From Tubiluchus corallicola (Eukaryota > Animalia > Priapulida): DNA of 64,000 bases. Below the pieces are notes generated by a model. That model saw only the letters and a list, made by a program, of their open reading frames with translations, was not told the origin of the DNA and ran no database searches. Made by a program: the position numbers and the translations under genes. This document shows positions 52,676 to 64,000 of this stretch, piece after piece (positions within the stretch are counted from its first letter, which is position 1; each line of letters opens with the position of its first letter). The stretch is from assembly GCA_030141605.1 (NCBI GenBank), contig JAQGDQ010000648.1, positions 1 to 64,000 on the forward strand. Reading direction: 5' to 3'.

Positions 52676-54895
52676 ATAAGACATAATAGAATTTATTGTT
52701 TTCTTTCAATAAGATTAGTCTGTCACTTTCAGTATTTCAAGAACGCAATATTAGTCCAAATGTTCGCTGCTAGTAGTGTTCTAAAAACTCCAATTATTTT
52801 GCAGATAATTTCATAGCATGGTTATCCATTATCCAATTCCAAGAACATTAGTTGGAATAGGTGTTATACTGAATTTCTAAAGACATAGAATTTAGATTTT
52901 CCTTTCTATAAGATTAGTCTAACACTTTTGTTATTTCAAAAACATAGCATTACTCCAAATCAGGGGATAACATTACACATAACATTTAGTGATTTATTTT
53001 TGCAGTCATTTTCTTAATGGAGAAACTTGTTATCCATTAAAGGGGTATAACACCAAAATGAATTTGAGCTTGAATAACTCGAGATTATATTGCATATACA
53101 AATACGAACATCGTTCTTCACAAAAGTTTCATGTTTAAGAATCTCTAGCAAAAGTCGAATAAAACTGTATGTAACACAAGATTTGACGAAGCTGCCATTG
53201 AGCATGAATCAGCACCTATGCGCCTCTGGTGGCAATACTTTACGTATTACAGAATCAAATCAAACCGAAATCAAATCATTTATTTTACATCCCAATAATG
53301 ATACAAAGAAAATTAGATATAAATTAAAAAAAACAAATGTCAAGAGGTGGCGAAAAATATTAGTTATCTAAAGCTGAGAATTAAATTATTATTATGCAGT
53401 GCTGCCATAAGTCACAAGGTCTGGTTGATATTAAAAGTCTTACTGATTTAACTAACTGGAACACGATAAAGTTAAAAATGTTCATATATGGCTAATCAAT
53501 AATTCTACAGCTAATACGTCATAGTCTCTGTGTCCATGGGGTTCACATATTTTTGTCCAGGCTGATAAAATGAAGCTGTCACTAAAAATTGTCACATTAG
53601 CATTATAATTATGCTTCAGTGAGATTCTCTGAGTTTACAAAATCATTAACTCTTCTAGATGAATGAAGTTACTTTATCGTACTTATTTTACAAGAAAAGA
53701 CTTTTGCTACCAAGGCCCACACTTTTGCAACTTGTACAGCTGACGATGTTTTCAATTAATGCTACAAGAATTTTCACAATATGCGGTGGGTCTGCTTTTG
53801 AGCAATGGTATCTACAACAATATATTGTAATGGAACTATAACTTTCGACGGTAGTAAAATATCATCAGCAAAGCTGCGCTAGTTCAATTTTTTTACTCGG
53901 GAGATGGGAACATGCAGTTCATAGGCGTTTCTCGTGAGATATGAGATACAAAAAGTCACGAGGCTAAAAAAAATTCTCCAAGTTGTTGATAGGTTAGGCA
54001 ACTATAAAAAATGTTTAACTTGATTTTCATGATGTTCCCCCTTTAAGTGGTTTTGCAAGATCTTTAACTACAAGAGGGGTTTTACCATATTCTCCCTATC
54101 CGGGGAAAAACCAGCTAACATCGGGGAAACAGCACTAACATTTTCTGCACACACCCATCCATTTAGTTGAAAGTTTCGGTAGTGCGTAACTGTTATTGCT
54201 ATCTATTCTTTACGTCACGGCATACTCATGCTATTCCATTATTTTGAAAAAGTGAAATGCGTGTTTGCCGGTGTGCAGAATTTCCTCTGTCTGTGTGGGT
54301 TTAGAATTTCGTTTAGAAAAGCAGGGGTGTGTTCTATTATTTCTTCTGCTTGTTGATGCTTGAAATAACATAACTGAGAGACACACAATAAGATGTTTTG
54401 TTAAGATTGAAAATAATATAAAGCCTTTTCAGATCTGAAAACTTTTGACAGTATGTTGAACGCAAACACAGGGGTAGAAACTGGTTTTCCTTTGTACGAA
54501 ATTAAAGGGCCAGACTGCGTAAAAATAATTGTTGTTTGGATAAGACAGAGACACGAAAAGCGGAATTCTAAGATTCAAGTTCTCTTATTGATCATGAGCA
54601 TGGATAAATTGCTCAGAGCAAAGAACAATGTTTTCATATGTTCTTGTGAATAGTGAATATCTTGTGATTGGGAAAGAATTTAGGACATTTTAGTTTTGTG
54701 AAAATTCAACATTTCACAACATACAAAATGTCAGTAAAGTTGCAGATGTGTTAATACCGTGTAGCACAATTTAGTTAAAATGCCCTTCTCATGGGAATGT
54801 TTAAAGTAGCTCTAATTTTCAATATTTTGCATGGCAAACGTAGTCCTACTCCAAATCATTGGTGATTATTATGTGCCTTTTTTAACTGCAGCAAA

Positions 54896-55295
54896 GTATT
54901 TGCTTTCCATCTTTTGTTAACTCTTCCCCTGGGAGTTCCAGGTAGGCATCTTAACCAAACAAAACAGCTTCTGCATTCTATTGACATTCTTGTCTGTATT
55001 TGCTTTCCATCTTTTGTTAACACTTACCCTGGGAGTTCCAGTTTGGCATCTTAACCAAACAAAAAAGCTTCTATATTCTATTGACATTCTTGTCTGTATT
55101 TGCTTTCCATCTGTTGTTAACTCTTCCCCTGGGAGTTCCAGGTAGGCATCTTAACCAAACAAAAGAGCTTCTGCATTCTATTGACATTCTTGTCTGTATT
55201 TGCTTTCCATCTCTTCTTAACTCTTTCATGGGAGTTTCAGATTATTAGCTTAACTAAACAAAAAAGCTTCTCCCGTCTATTGATAATATTGTCTG
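54896..55295. repeat. 100-bp tandem repeat, 4 units
   Basis: gtatttgctttccatc at 54896, 54996, 55096 and 55196. Part of a block (54845-55480) paralogous to 34500-35110. Confidence 0.95.
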
Positions 55296-56062
55296 TCGTT
55301 TAACCCATTCTTTCCAGCATTTATACAGGGTGCAACTAGTTTACTTAAGAATTCTGAAATATGTGAAAACATTTTTTCTGAGTTTAACACAAAGAAGTAA
55401 AACTGTTCTGTTAAAAACAAATATAGACGTATAGAATTTAAAGGGACTTTGAAAGACGTTCTGAATTTGTTGGGTGCAATTAGTAGAAAAATATTGATAT
55501 TTTCTACTTCTTGATCACGAATCACGTTTACAAATCTTATTTGAGAAATTCAATTCCACGAAAGTTTAACATTCATAAGGAATCCTTAGCTTGGCTCATT
55601 TACTCATTATTGATTTTGTGATAACACGATCAAAAACAAGACACTGCATCAGTGAATCCAGTTTGCTAAATGCAAAACGCGATATCGTAATTTTTATAAA
55701 GCTACTACACCACCAACCAGAAATATTCGGCGAAATTTTTAAGACTCTGCTGTGATGGAGATGGCAATCTAGTAACCAAATCTTAATTACATAATAACAG
55801 CTACATGCAGAAATTATGCTTTAAAACCGATTTATCAAGCACGTTATTTCAAACTTAATCAAATGTATCAGAAAAATACAATTAAAACAGTTAGGCACTA
55901 ACCTAAAATTAACTGAAAATTGATTACATTTAAAAAAACAACCAAATTCAGATAATCACTTTATAGTTTGATGTCCTTGTAGAACTTCATTCAAATGTTC
56001 CCATTTTGAATCAAATAAACATTGTTAAATATAATCACTTGCCAAGTTTAGTCAAGTTTAAC

Positions 56063-56150
56063 AGCTCAGTGGTACCGGGCTCGCTCTCCGTGCGAGAGGC
56101 GGAGGTTCAATTTCAAGTCTAATACACAGCAGAGGTTTTGTAAAATGGAC
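56063..56150 (+). mobile_element. tRNA-derived SINE head (Pol III A/B boxes)
   Basis: A box AGCTCAGTGGTA at 56063-56074 and B box GGTTCAATT at 56104-56112. No convincing acceptor stem. Confidence 0.55.
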
Positions 56151-57381
56151 TAGATGAAGTAACATACTTGCAATAACATTTATTGTTATTTACATTTAAA
56201 TCTCTAGTTTTAATCACTTGGCAAAGCATTGTAAATATTGTATATATAATAATAATGAATAATAATAAGTATAATAACATAAACACCCTGGGAGACAAAC
56301 ATCTGCCAGGGCAAAGTTTGCTTTCTTACAGGTAGCATAAAAATACTAACATATAATTAGGTAGGCCAATTATGTTAGTATTTGTTGTTTTGTTTCATGT
56401 GCGCCTTGTAGTCTAAATTGTTCATGGGTTCTATCTATTCTATAAATAATGACAGTTTACGTGACACGATAAATGAATAATGAAATAACCTAACTTTGAC
56501 ACCCATGTAGACCCTGTGACAAAGAGAAAGGTCTACAAAGAGCCCTGTACCTGCTCAATTTTTCCTTCAGTTGAAATTACTGGACCACTCATCCTACCAG
56601 CTAAGATACTATTGTCATCTCTCTGCAAACATAAAGTTAGATGGGGTGCAAAACTATGTAATTATGACTTAGATACATGGAATGATGCTGTAACTTTGTT
56701 GCTGCTACACAACAGATAACTACTATTCCTAGGTGCATAGCAATCGCTAAGCCAGTATATACTCTCGTATACTACTCAGATGCATCACAAAAAGCATACT
56801 GTTGTGGTTTGACGTTACTGAAAGTGATATCACTTAAGGCCTGTTCAAGCTCAACTAGGTTATTCACTTTCTTTTTTTCGCCCATCACCTCTAAACATGA
56901 AACTAGCTTGGCTGGAAATTTCAAACTAATTTGGCTGGACATTTATTTTAATCCTTAAAAAAGTAATTTCTTTTTCGTTAATTAAATAACAATTTTGATG
57001 TTCTTCGTTAAAAATAATTATTAATTGCTCGCTTATATGTTCATTTCTCGTCTTATTTAAATATAATTTTGTTAGCCCTTATGATTTGTTTAGATGGTTT
57101 TGTTCATTGATTCATAATTAGTTATTTGGTTGTTTATTAAGGTACTAATTAATCATTTTTCGTAATTGTTATATAGTTTCCTAGTTAGTAGTCGCTTAGT
57201 TGATTAGCTATTCACTTAGTATATCGTTTAGTTACTTTTTACGTTTGAGAGAATAACTCGCACTCAGTTTTGAGCTTTGTATGCGTATTATCCTTCCGCT
57301 ATGAATTCTCACTTCTATTTGCGCTAGCCTTGTGCTTTTTGCCAGGTGATTTGTTGAACATCCCCGTACATTTCGCGATTC

Positions 57382-57389
57382 TATATAAA
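57382..57389 (+). promoter_or_regulatory. TATA-box-like motif upstream of the methyltransferase gene
   Basis: TATATAAA ~180 bp before the ATG. A possible 5'UTR splice acceptor (tttgcAG) ends at 57523. Confidence 0.3.
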
Positions 57390-57565
57390 CGCAACTACAT
57401 TTCAGAGTCAAAGTTAAGAAAAGTTGGCACCACAAGTTGTGTATAATGTTTTTCATAATGCTTTCTGACATATTTGGAAAAAAACATACTTCAAATAATG
57501 TTTGTGATCTTTGCGCTTTGCAGAAATTGCATCAATTTACTAAATGTCGCACTTAATCAAAAAGG

Positions 57566-58531
57566 ATGAACTGCAGTCAAGCCAAATTCTGCTTTATTTT
57601 AAGTTTTATTTACATTATTGCCAACTTAGGCTTAATATTTTTTTTGAAGCAAGTGACGTTATTTAACGGTTTCTCCAAAACTGATTCCAAAGTGTGTCAC
57701 TTTTGTGATGATATTGTCAGTTCAAGTGATTTATTAAAAATTCAGTATGGAAAATTGGCTGCTGATGATAAGCAGTTGTTGGAACACATTGGAAATCGGT
57801 GGATTGTAGGGCCATCTGAGCATCCTGTAACTGGACCTGTCACTGATAATTCACAAATACATCAGTCAAGCGTCGTAGACAAATTACTCAATCAAAGACA
57901 GCATGGATTTTATGTAGAATGTGGCGCAGCAGATGGACATCTCTCCAATTCAATATTTTTTGAAAGAAACCGTGGATGGAATGGGCTATTAATAGAACCT
58001 AATCCGTTATTGTTTAAGAGGTTATTGCGGAGGAAACGCAATGCATATCACATAAACGCTTGTCTAAGTACAAATAATACTGCTCAGAGATTAAAGTTTG
58101 CTATGGCTGGCTTGCTAGGTGGTCTGACTGAGACAATGGACTCGGATCGTCGCAGCAGATTGAGGCTTAAGACAAATGCCAGTAAGCTTCGAGTTAAAAC
58201 TGTACAATGTTTTCCACTCTATTCATTAATGCTTGCACTTGGCCAAACTCACATTGATTACCTATCTCTAGATGTTGAAGGTGCAGAACTTGACGTATTA
58301 AAAACAATACCATTTGAAAAGCTTACCATAGATACTCTGACCATTGAGTACCTCTCTACTAATGGGACTCATGTTTGTAAAGAAAATTCTTTATCAAAGT
58401 TAAAATATATCCGTAAATTCATGGAAACAACAAAGCTTTATCGGGAAGTTTCCTTACTACCGCCTCGAAAGGATGAACTTAGTCAAGATATCGTGTTCAT
58501 GCGCCATGATACAAAGGCTTCACAGAATTAG
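57566..58531 (+). CDS. FkbM-domain (Methyltransf_21) type II membrane methyltransferase, protein Star-like, 321 aa, single coding exon
   Basis: N-terminal TM helix (FCFILSFIYIIANLGLIFFL). Motifs: SQIHQS..VDKLL, GFYVECGAADG..SNSIFFE...GWNGLLIEPNP (SAM-binding), INACLS, VQCFPLYSLMLAL, IDYLSLDVEGAELDVLKTIPF and QDIVF. Intact from ATG to TAG. Confidence 0.93.
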   Translation: MNCSQAKFCFILSFIYIIANLGLIFFLKQVTLFNGFSKTDSKVCHFCDDIVSSSDLLKIQYGKLAADDKQLLEHIGNRWIVGPSEHPVTGPVTDNSQIHQSSVVDKLLNQRQHGFYVECGAADGHLSNSIFFERNRGWNGLLIEPNPLLFKRLLRRKRNAYHINACLSTNNTAQRLKFAMAGLLGGLTETMDSDRRSRLRLKTNASKLRVKTVQCFPLYSLMLALGQTHIDYLSLDVEGAELDVLKTIPFEKLTIDTLTIEYLSTNGTHVCKENSLSKLKYIRKFMETTKLYREVSLLPPRKDELSQDIVFMRHDTKASQN

Positions 58532-59119
58532 CTCATTGGCAAACAAAACTGGCATTTGCCCCTACCGCACAGCAAAAACGACAGAGAAGAAAAACCTTTT
58601 AGCCATATTTAAATCACGAAGTCTTCGAACACTTTTGGTTATTTTCTTAGTTCATCCGCTATGATTATCTGATACATTTACAATCGCTTTGAAGCCTCAA
58701 CCAATCTCCAAACGTGATGTTAAAGTGTCTTGTCAAAAGACTGTTTCAGTATATTGAAAAAAGTTGAATAATTTTTTTGGCTTCTCTCTGGTTTCAGCAT
58801 CGGCTTTCTTTCTTTCTTTGATTTAAATCGCAGGGTTCTATTTTACAATATCCAATGTACAGGTGTCACCTCACGGGTTCTCAGTTTAATTTGAACAGCT
58901 TGTCTGAAATGTGAGACCACTTTCTAAAGGGTATCTGAGAAGCTGAACAGTCTGCTTATTACACGTAATGCAGACAGAAAGTGAATGTTTTAGAATGTAG
59001 CAACAGGGATTAAACCTAATGTTCGTGCTGAGCTGTTCACTAATGACCTGAATTGTTTGCTTCCGGAAACAAAAATTTATATAGCTAACAGGTGCGGTAA
59101 CTGAAAGACAACTGTGTGG

Positions 59120-61530
59120 TTAGAAACATAAGTCAGGCCTATATTGATATATGAGGACAAACCTTTGCTAGCAGGACATTACTTCAAAGACAGCATTTTA
59201 ATTTTGATTAAAATACATAATAATAAATCTAAGTCTGAGTCTGACCCAGGAGTAGATCAGCGCTGTAACGACTGTGTTCCAGTTTGCTTTCTACAATTTT
59301 TTAAAATAGTGTTACAATTTTTGCCTAATTTTGTGCTATTCCCAAAATCTTTAATGTAATAATTTGTTGGGTCATTGATCGTGTAAAAATTTACTGTGTA
59401 CCACTTCTGATTAACTTAGCTAACTTGTTGACTCGTAATGGACCTTTTATTGTGACATATTGTAGCTGTTGCGTTAGTTGTGATTTTGTACACTAAATGG
59501 CTGATTTACACTACCATACGCTATCCACCTAATTGAAGCATCCGCCATTAGTAAACATGCATGCTGCACTTACATGCTGTTAATCACTGCTTTCTTGCAT
59601 GCATCGCTACACTCACTACTCCAGCATGTATGCGAGTGCACCATATCTCTGCCAAGCTCTACAGAGACCCACACATTTGGATAAAATACTTTTACCTTCT
59701 AGTGTATGTGTACTAACCAATAATGAATGTGGAGAAATAATTAAAACATTTTTGAGTGCATTTTACACTCAAAATCAATAGCAGAAATTAAATTTCACTT
59801 CAGAATATTACAACAATGAACAACGTTCTGAAAAACACTAGTTCACACACCAACACCAAAACTAACACACACGACAAATGATATGCTAAGATGTAAGATG
59901 TAAGATTGGTAGGTAAGATGCAAATGGCTTGAAAAAAGTAACGCCTAGAAATGGCAAACGAGGATGAATGGATGAATGGCAAGAGAAAATTGGAACACTG
60001 CTAAGGTAAAAAATGGCAAATGAGAGAATAGTAATGGCAAAATGGTATACTTAGTAAACAATTTGTTTGAGTTAAGGTTATAGTGGGGAATGGTAATTTT
60101 AGTTCTTTTTGCTTTGCCTTGGAAATTGTGCTTCAACACAGTTTGTTTGTATAGTTTGTTTTTTGCCAGTTACGGCAGTAAGCCTGATAAAATCACCAAA
60201 ATGAATGGGTAAAACGTAGATAAACTATACAGAACATTCGTGCATTATTGATTATAAATCTATTATTGAACAAAAATATTGTGAGTCTTTTTTCTAGCCT
60301 ATATAATACAGCTATATTTATGCATGTTTGGTTGTTTAGCTTTTTTGTTAATCTTTTTAGCCAATAGAATCAGACGTTGAAGTTTAGAATTGTTCGACTT
60401 TGGCAGAGATCTGCATCCTATATGTTTTACTTTTATTATGGAAATCCATTGCATGTATGTAACATTATGTGCCATTTTTTCCTGTGCCATTTTTATCTTA
60501 AAAAGCTGCTGATATTGTGGTTGTCATTGTCATTGTTATTGCTGTTGATATTGTAAAACAAATACAAGGTCAGGCTAGTCATAAGTCATTTATTTCACTA
60601 AGTGTGATTATGTTGTAGACATAATCCATGTACTTAAATTTGTGACATAACTTTCTTACATATGTTCAAGCATTTCTTTCTTTCATGGTGGTTATTGATA
60701 GTAACAAAAATTAATAAACAAAGAGAGTGCAGGAAAAACTGCTCTCACTAAGCAGCAATTACGTTGTATTGTAGCTGTTACATTAGTTGCAATTTTGTAC
60801 ACAAGATGGCTGTCTGATACTATAAAGCTAATTGGAGCAGTTATATACAAATCTTACTTCAAGACAGCACACAAATTTTGATTTTAAATTCGTGATACTA
60901 AATTTACCTACTATCATTTACGTAATTGTTAGTGATTACTGTTTGTTGATATTGTTTTTTCTATGGTCACATATTGTAGGTGTTGCATTAGTTGCGATTT
61001 TGTACAATAGATGGCTCACTGATATTACCCTAAGCTATTCAGCCAATTGGAGCATCTGCCATTGCTGGTCATGCATGCTGTCAATCACCCTTTCCCATGA
61101 GCTGTCATGTGCATCATTGCGTCCATGCACGCATCGCTACACTCACTGCTCCAGCATGTGTGAGAGTGCACCATGCCCCTGCCACGCTCTACACAGCTTG
61201 CCTGTTTAGGTAAACAATCTTCACAAACCATGTACACTAGCCAAATATAAACGTCGAGAAATTAATAATAATAATAATAATAATGGCAATAATGATAACA
61301 GCAACAAAATCAGTTTGAAAATGACAACGATAATGACACCAGAAACAAACAAAAAATAGCATTCTAAAGTGAAAATGTTGGAATGTAGCCTGCATTTTTG
61401 AACAACGTAATAGGGCCTTAGACTGCTGTATGCCACTGAATTTTATCGTGGTCAAGGCAATGCAAAGATATAGAAACAAGATACAGAAAGATACAGTTGA
61501 CCCAATATTGACATCCAATAGCATTGCTTT
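59120..61530 (+). repeat. Second full copy of the ~2.4-kb module (see 50200-52675)
   Basis: Collinear direct-repeat similarity throughout. Confidence 0.92.
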
Positions 61531-64000
61531 CGATTGACATCGAATAAACAAGCAATGTGTTGTGGATCATCAAGTAAAATAAAGTGGAGATACCTGTATA
61601 AGACGCAGCCTGTTTATAAAATCACCTATAAGGAAATAAAGTTTAAACTAAAATAATGTTCAAAGCAACATCTGAAAAGAGAAGTTATATATATAACTGC
61701 GTAAACATTGAATTGGTTCATGATAATTCGAACAACTTGAGAAATGTCATAAAGGTGTAATATTCTGTCAAAGCCATTCAGCACAAAGAGCTTTTAAACA
61801 CAACATTTCAACATTTGTTTTATAACAAGTTTTACGTGTGATAGAGAGGCAAAAAGGTTTTTGAAATACAGCTAAAATCTTGCCTCAATAAAGCAGCCTG
61901 GGAACTTGATAAAGTCCCTTGTTAAGGGCTAAGAAAAAAAGCAGAGTGATTACACATTTGACTTTCAAAGCCTGTATTTCACTCGTTGGAAATATTTACC
62001 AAGACAAGGGAGATCTATTACCGTCGGAGTGTGAAAGCAAAATATTTCTTATTACTGCATCCTTTTCTGGTATAACAATCTCCCTCACATTAGATTTCAC
62101 CATAAATCTACTTTAATATTTCGACAAAGAAAATGACAATCACTATGATAATGGTGTAAACAGCCACATTTAATAAATTTTCAATACCTCCAAAGGCCAT
62201 AACTTTGGAAATGTTGGAATGCAGTTTAAAATATGTACTAGGCCAGGTATAGGCCACTGAATTTTGTAGAGGCAGAGGCAGTCCAAAGTCATGCTATACT
62301 GCGGATTACATCCTGTGTCTGGTGATAAAAATACAGGTTTAGACAGGTCTGACTTTCGAAAGAGCATGAAGGTGACTGCCTTACAATAGAAATTTCAGTT
62401 GAACTAAAACAGATGTTTGATATCATTTTCTACAATACAAACAACTCATGGTCTTTTATTTTCTTATGTCCATCTCGTTTGCTGTTTCACAAGCATTTTT
62501 CATGCTAATGTTCACTGTATTAGTACAAAGGTATTACTGTAATGATGGTATTACTGTATTACACCAATGATAGTAATAAATTTTGCAGACGTTTTCATGG
62601 AAACCTTTGCAATCTGCATTTTTTATTGTACATTTTTGCATTGTGCACAAAAGTCTTTAAAGTAACAACTTATTGAATCATTAATCGTATAAAAAAAATT
62701 TACTGTGTATCAATTCTGATTCACTTGGGTAACTTGTTGTCTTGTAATAGAATTTCTACAGTAATTATAACAATTTCTACAGTAATTTATAGTAACTATA
62801 ACACATCGTGGTTCTAAGGACTAATTTGTTTAGTTGTTCTCTAAATGTTTGTATAAAAACAGAGGGATGCGTTGGGGTTCGAATATTGTTATCAAGTTTA
62901 TTTAGTCAGAACGCCAAATATTTCAAACAATAAAGTTATTATTTATAAAACACATGTAGATAGTATTATTGCAAAAATCAATAAGTAAAACTAGTGATTA
63001 AATCGTTGCAATCATAGTATCGTTAAACATAAAATTAAGAAACTTAAGAAAATCACTTCCACTGGAAATCATTGTATTCGCTGGGTTAAACAAATCATTT
63101 ACTTACGACATTATAGTCATGTCCTGGGTATTAGAAAGAAATGTTACTGGGGCATATCTAAACTTGTGTACGCAGGAGCGGCGCCACTTTCGTGGAGATG
63201 TCGCACAGCATAGTACGTGCGTTAGTTTGTTTAACAAGATAGTGTTCGATTATATGTAACCTGCTTTACGAACCTAATGACCACCCGCAGATTGGTTCCG
63301 CCACATTACGCTAGATGGTAACTCACTAGTAAGTAATGTCAGACAGTTCTTTCACTCTGCGTTTCTCAATTATCAGTTTTAATGCCATATTATGTAACTA
63401 GTCTACAAGTCGGTCCATACCTTTGTGCTTTTGTGCTGACGTTAGCTCACCTCCGAACTTCCAGATCAGCAGCTATTAACAATCTCTCTCTCTCTAGCCT
63501 CCCAAACCTATCCACAACAGTGGAATGTGGATTCGCAATGTTAAAACCACCATTTGTTCCAACTGATCACCACTGAGTTCTACTACTTTAACTCACTAGT
63601 TCGGCCATATCTAATGTTAACGTCTTCAAAGAACAATCTGTCATTATCTTGACAAAAGCAACCAAGTGCCCTCCAAAAACTGGGGACTTACACCTGATCG
63701 CATTCAATAAAGCCACTTTCTGTATCATTTAAAAGTTACAAAGCGTATTTAGGCCAGGCCTCTAAGTAAACAGGAAAGTCAGAAAGCAAGAGAAATATCA
63801 GCCGTATATCTAAATCAAAATATTCATACCTCGACTGGCAACAATATCTAGTTAACTTTGGCATAAAAGTGACTCTTGCAGTAACACATTGTAGTTGTTG
63901 CATTAGTTACGATTTTGTACACTAGGTGGCTGACTGATGTTACATGATGCTATTCAGTCATTTGGAGCATCCGCCATTACTAGACACGCATGCTGCACTC

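Noticed and set aside
56063-56135. Functional tRNA gene
   Set aside because: A and B boxes are present, but there is no convincing acceptor stem or T-arm pairing. Better explained as a SINE head.
57232-57471. THAP-domain remnant upstream of the FkbM gene
   Set aside because: Only a VVPT-like tetrapeptide is present, and the C2CH ligands are not identifiable.

Overview
AT-rich eukaryotic DNA, most likely from an invertebrate animal, and not prokaryotic: there are no operons, rRNA genes, true tRNA genes or CRISPR arrays. Most of the window is degraded transposon debris (CR1/L2-type LINE fragments, Penelope remnants, LTR-like elements, a Kolobok-type MITE, SINE heads), tandem repeats and local segmental duplications (34-64 kb). 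Every recognisable host gene is a Golgi-type glycan-building or glycan-modifying enzyme whose catalytic domain is encoded in essentially one exon. These are a GT2-like glycosyltransferase (11.6-12.7 kb), a frameshifted GT8/GXYLT-like xylosyltransferase (17.3-18.5 kb), a CHST8-14-type carbohydrate sulfotransferase (21.5-22.3 kb) and an FkbM/Star-like methyltransferase (57.6-58.5 kb). Two decayed relics not shown as clean ORFs in the supplied track were found by hand: a second GT8-like one (29.1-29.9 kb) and a GT92-like one (30.7-31.2 kb). The main hypothesis is a mixed-family glycan biosynthesis/modification gene neighbourhood under birth-and-death evolution. Other notable structures are a 30 x 32-bp minisatellite inside an inverted duplication of the GT8 gene's 3' end, and ten co-oriented CTCF-like motifs carried by a local repeat module around the methyltransferase gene. 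All family calls come from motif recognition by eye; no database search was run.
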